A DNA stretch of 37,551 nucleotides, taken from contig CAZIET010000002.1 in assembly GCA_964538405.1 (NCBI GenBank), positions 1 to 37,551 on the forward strand. The letters run 5' to 3'. Under the pieces are notes generated by a model. The model was not told the origin of the DNA and ran no database searches. It was given only the letters and a program-made list of their open reading frames with translations. This document shows positions 35,469 to 37,551 of the stretch, one piece after another (position 1 is the first letter of the stretch; each line of letters starts with the position of its first letter). A program made the position numbers and the translations under genes. This DNA is from Candidatus Woesearchaeota archaeon (GTDB lineage: Archaea; Nanobdellota; Nanobdellia; Pacearchaeales; GW2011-AR1).

Positions 35469-35976
35469 TTTTTATATAATCTAATATTTTCTTAACATTT
35501 TTGTTTATATTTTCAGTTCCCATAATGTGCAGGTCTGCATGTTTTTTTGTGGGTTCCCCATATTTTTTATAAGATTTGACGACAATATTTTTGCTGTACC
35601 ATTCTTGGTTATCTTCATGACCAAATCTATCCAATCTTCTTTTTACTATAAGACTTTTAGGAATATCTGCATATATCTTCAAATCAAGAATATCTCTTAT
35701 CTTTTTGTTATATAACATATGAAAACCCTTAACAATTATAATTTTGTTCTTTAGTTTGACAATATCCCTCTCCAATCTCTTAAAATCTATACTTGATGGA
35801 TGTTCCCACTTTTTCCATTCTTTTCTAGAAGGAATTTTTCTACCATGATATTTCCAATAATCATCTGAATGCATTAATCCTGCCTTAAGCCTTTTTGTCA
35901 GGATTTCACTTATTGTTGTTTTGCCAGAACCGCTGGGACCAGTAATTCCAATAACAAATCTCTTTTTCGATTTCAT
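35458..35976 (-). CDS. P-loop nucleoside kinase (uridine-kinase-like)
   Basis: Walker A is IGITGPSGSGKTT. Size and layout are uridine/cytidine-kinase-like. It overlaps ogt by 11 nt. Confidence 0.6.
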   Translation of the reverse strand: MKSKKRFVIGITGPSGSGKTTISEILTKRLKAGLMHSDDYWKYHGRKIPSRKEWKKWEHPSSIDFKRLERDIVKLKNKIIIVKGFHMLYNKKIRDILDLKIYADIPKSLIVKRRLDRFGHEDNQEWYSKNIVVKSYKKYGEPTKKHADLHIMGTENINKNVKKILDYIKNAN

Positions 35977-36010
35977 TTTATAATAAAGAAATAAATATTA
36001 AAAAAGGTTC

Positions 36011-36274
36011 TTAGTAATCTGGTAATTCTTCATTCTGAGAAGAGGAACTTTGCGCTTCTTCTTTCAGATCCTCTTTAGTTACTAAATCTACCATTTCCTT
36101 GAATTTTGGAAAGTCTGAGGCAAGAATTCTAACCCCCTGTTTTGTGAATCCTGTATACCTGTCGCTAGTTACAAATTCTCTAATTGTTAATCCTTTTCTT
36201 CCACCAAAATCATCTAGTCTTACAACTATCTCTGTTGTGTCATTTTTCCTTATTTTTCCTAAATCTTTTTCCAT
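36011..36274 (-). CDS. PC4/YdbC-like ssDNA-binding protein (putative)
   Basis: IVVRLDDFGGRKGLTIREFV...FTKQGVRILASDFPKFKEMV parallels the PC4 core (v.v.dFkGk..idIREy...KGisl....w..l). Confidence 0.55.
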   Translation of the reverse strand: MEKDLGKIRKNDTTEIVVRLDDFGGRKGLTIREFVTSDRYTGFTKQGVRILASDFPKFKEMVDLVTKEDLKEEAQSSSSQNEELPDY

Positions 36275-36393
36275 ATCATTTCAAACTTTCTTAATTTTAT
36301 AAAGATTTAGCTTTCAGAACTGTCACTATTACGAAGCTGTACCTTAACTATTTAAACAAAAATCTCATTGTTTATCGACGTAAAAAATGTAAA

Positions 36394-37122
36394 ATGCCTT
36401 CTAAAAATTGGATAATAAATAACCCTGAAAAAGCTTTAATTTGGAGAGAAAAGATGAGTAAAAGAATGAAGAAATATGTTAAGAATAACCCTCATTTTCA
36501 AGATGGAATTAAAAATCCAATGTATGGTAAAAAGCCTTGGAATTATGGATTAACTAAAGAAACTGATAATAAGGTTAAGAAATTAGCTGAAATAAAAACT
36601 GAAAAATTTAGGAGTGGTGAAATTGTAAAAGTCTGGTTAGGCAAAAAGCATTCTTCAGAGCACAGAAGAAAAAACTCTCTTGCTAAAAGAGGAGATTTAA
36701 ACCCTATGAAAAGAGAAGATGTTAAGAAAAAGATGGCAAAGACGTTAAAAGATAGATGGTTGAATGATGAAGAATTTGTGAAAAACATGTTGAAGTCCTT
36801 TAAAAATTTGAAAGAAAATAAATTTGAAAAAGATTTCGAAAAAATCTGTAAAGAGAGCCAATTACCATTTGTATATACCGGTAACGGATCTTTTTGGATT
36901 GGTCCTTGCATTTCAGGTAAAAGAAGGAACCCTGATTTTAAACATGTTTCAGATAAAAAAGTAATACTTCTTAATGGAGATCATTGGCATACAAATGAAG
37001 ATATTAATGAACAAGTGAAGGATTATGAAAACAAAGGTTACAAAGTTCTTCCAATTTGGCAAAGCAACTGGCAAAAGTTCAAAGAAGATGTGATTAAATC
37101 AGTTAAAGAATTTTCTAATTAA
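36394..37122 (+). CDS. Free-standing homing-endonuclease-like protein: NUMOD3-type repeats plus a C-terminal Vsr/PD-(D/E)XK-like nuclease domain (putative)
   Basis: Repeated motifs are NPMYGKKPWNYGLTKETDNKVKK and GKKHSSEHRRKNSLAKRGDLNPMK. The C-terminus is NPDFKHVSDKKVILLNGDHWH...GYKVLPIW. Confidence 0.5.
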   Translation: MPSKNWIINNPEKALIWREKMSKRMKKYVKNNPHFQDGIKNPMYGKKPWNYGLTKETDNKVKKLAEIKTEKFRSGEIVKVWLGKKHSSEHRRKNSLAKRGDLNPMKREDVKKKMAKTLKDRWLNDEEFVKNMLKSFKNLKENKFEKDFEKICKESQLPFVYTGNGSFWIGPCISGKRRNPDFKHVSDKKVILLNGDHWHTNEDINEQVKDYENKGYKVLPIWQSNWQKFKEDVIKSVKEFSN

Positions 37123-37498
37123 GTAAACTACAACCAGTTAGTCTACTTAACTCCTCAAAAGTCTGAGTCCCTTGGATTTGAGTACCATTTCCTAATTCCC
37201 ATGTTGGATAACCTGTAATTCCTGCCTTGTTGCAAACATCATTCTGTCCTGCTGCATTTGGAAGAGAACATTCAGTATCATTAAGATATTTTATTGAAGT
37301 CCCAAACATTTCTTTTTGTTCTTTGCAATGAGGGCACCAGTAGGCTGTGTATATTTTCACTCCTTTCTCTGTCAAACATTTTGCAAAATCATCATACATT
37401 CCCGGGGTTGAATTGGGATTATAATAAAGAAAATACATTGCTAGAATAAAAGCTGCGAATATAGATCCGAAAATCAACCATTTTTTCTTTTTATTCAT
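37115..37498 (-). CDS. Membrane-anchored thioredoxin-fold oxidoreductase (CPHC)
   Basis: The N-terminal TM segment is WLIFGSIFAAFILAMYFLY. YTAYWCPHCKEQKEMFG and GITGYPTW (cis-Pro loop) follow. It overlaps the 3' end of 36394..37122 convergently by 8 nt. Confidence 0.65.
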   Translation of the reverse strand: MNKKKKWLIFGSIFAAFILAMYFLYYNPNSTPGMYDDFAKCLTEKGVKIYTAYWCPHCKEQKEMFGTSIKYLNDTECSLPNAAGQNDVCNKAGITGYPTWELGNGTQIQGTQTFEELSRLTGCSLLN

Positions 37499-37551
37499 TA
37501 CAATAATTCAGAAATATTATATTTAAACCTATTTACGCAGCTAGATCTTTT

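Noticed and set aside
36543-36911. Minus-strand ORF of 122 aa
   Set aside because: It is antisense to the NUMOD3-like gene, and its F/S/L-rich sequence is the complement of K/E-rich coding.

Overview
This is an AT-rich, very gene-dense archaeal chromosome segment. Archaeal markers are ribosomal proteins L7Ae, S28e, L24e and S6e, aIF2-gamma, aIF5B and Kae1, alongside bacterial-type gyrB/gyrA. Many genes overlap by 4-17 nt at stop/start, and there are many small secreted or membrane proteins. The style fits a small-genome DPANN-type archaeon, judged by eye only. The left 4.7 kb is accessory. It holds six two-gene toxin-antitoxin-like cassettes: DUF4258/DUF2283-like, an NTase-fold pair, two DUF433/DUF5615 pairs and two antitoxin/PIN pairs. 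Each cassette is bounded by a same-strand copy of one 60-155 nt element, and the array runs off the left edge. The element is the 3' part of a small coiled-coil reading frame ending ...AMKQSLCNLGA(T/S)EWC-stop. One copy (2960..3094) is an intact 44-codon ORF, and differences between copies are mostly synonymous. This coding-repeat cassette array is the most unusual structure in the window. It is integron-like in layout, but I could not see a canonical attC. The remaining 33 kb is mostly core genome with several oddities. An Obg/YchF-type GTPase has its P-loop separated from the body by a 1-nt frameshift. A 167-aa mini Pol X sits in a six-gene overlapping operon. Unknown small ORFs are translationally coupled inside the L7Ae-S28e-L24e operon and between gyrB and gyrA. 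Two inverted paralogous secreted-protein modules flank a 3.4 kb segment. A NUMOD3-type endonuclease-like gene stands alone, aIF2-gamma lacks its zinc-knuckle cysteines, and pyrB has no neighbouring pyr genes. I recognised no rRNA, tRNA or CRISPR array. All family calls rest on motifs read by eye; no searches were run.
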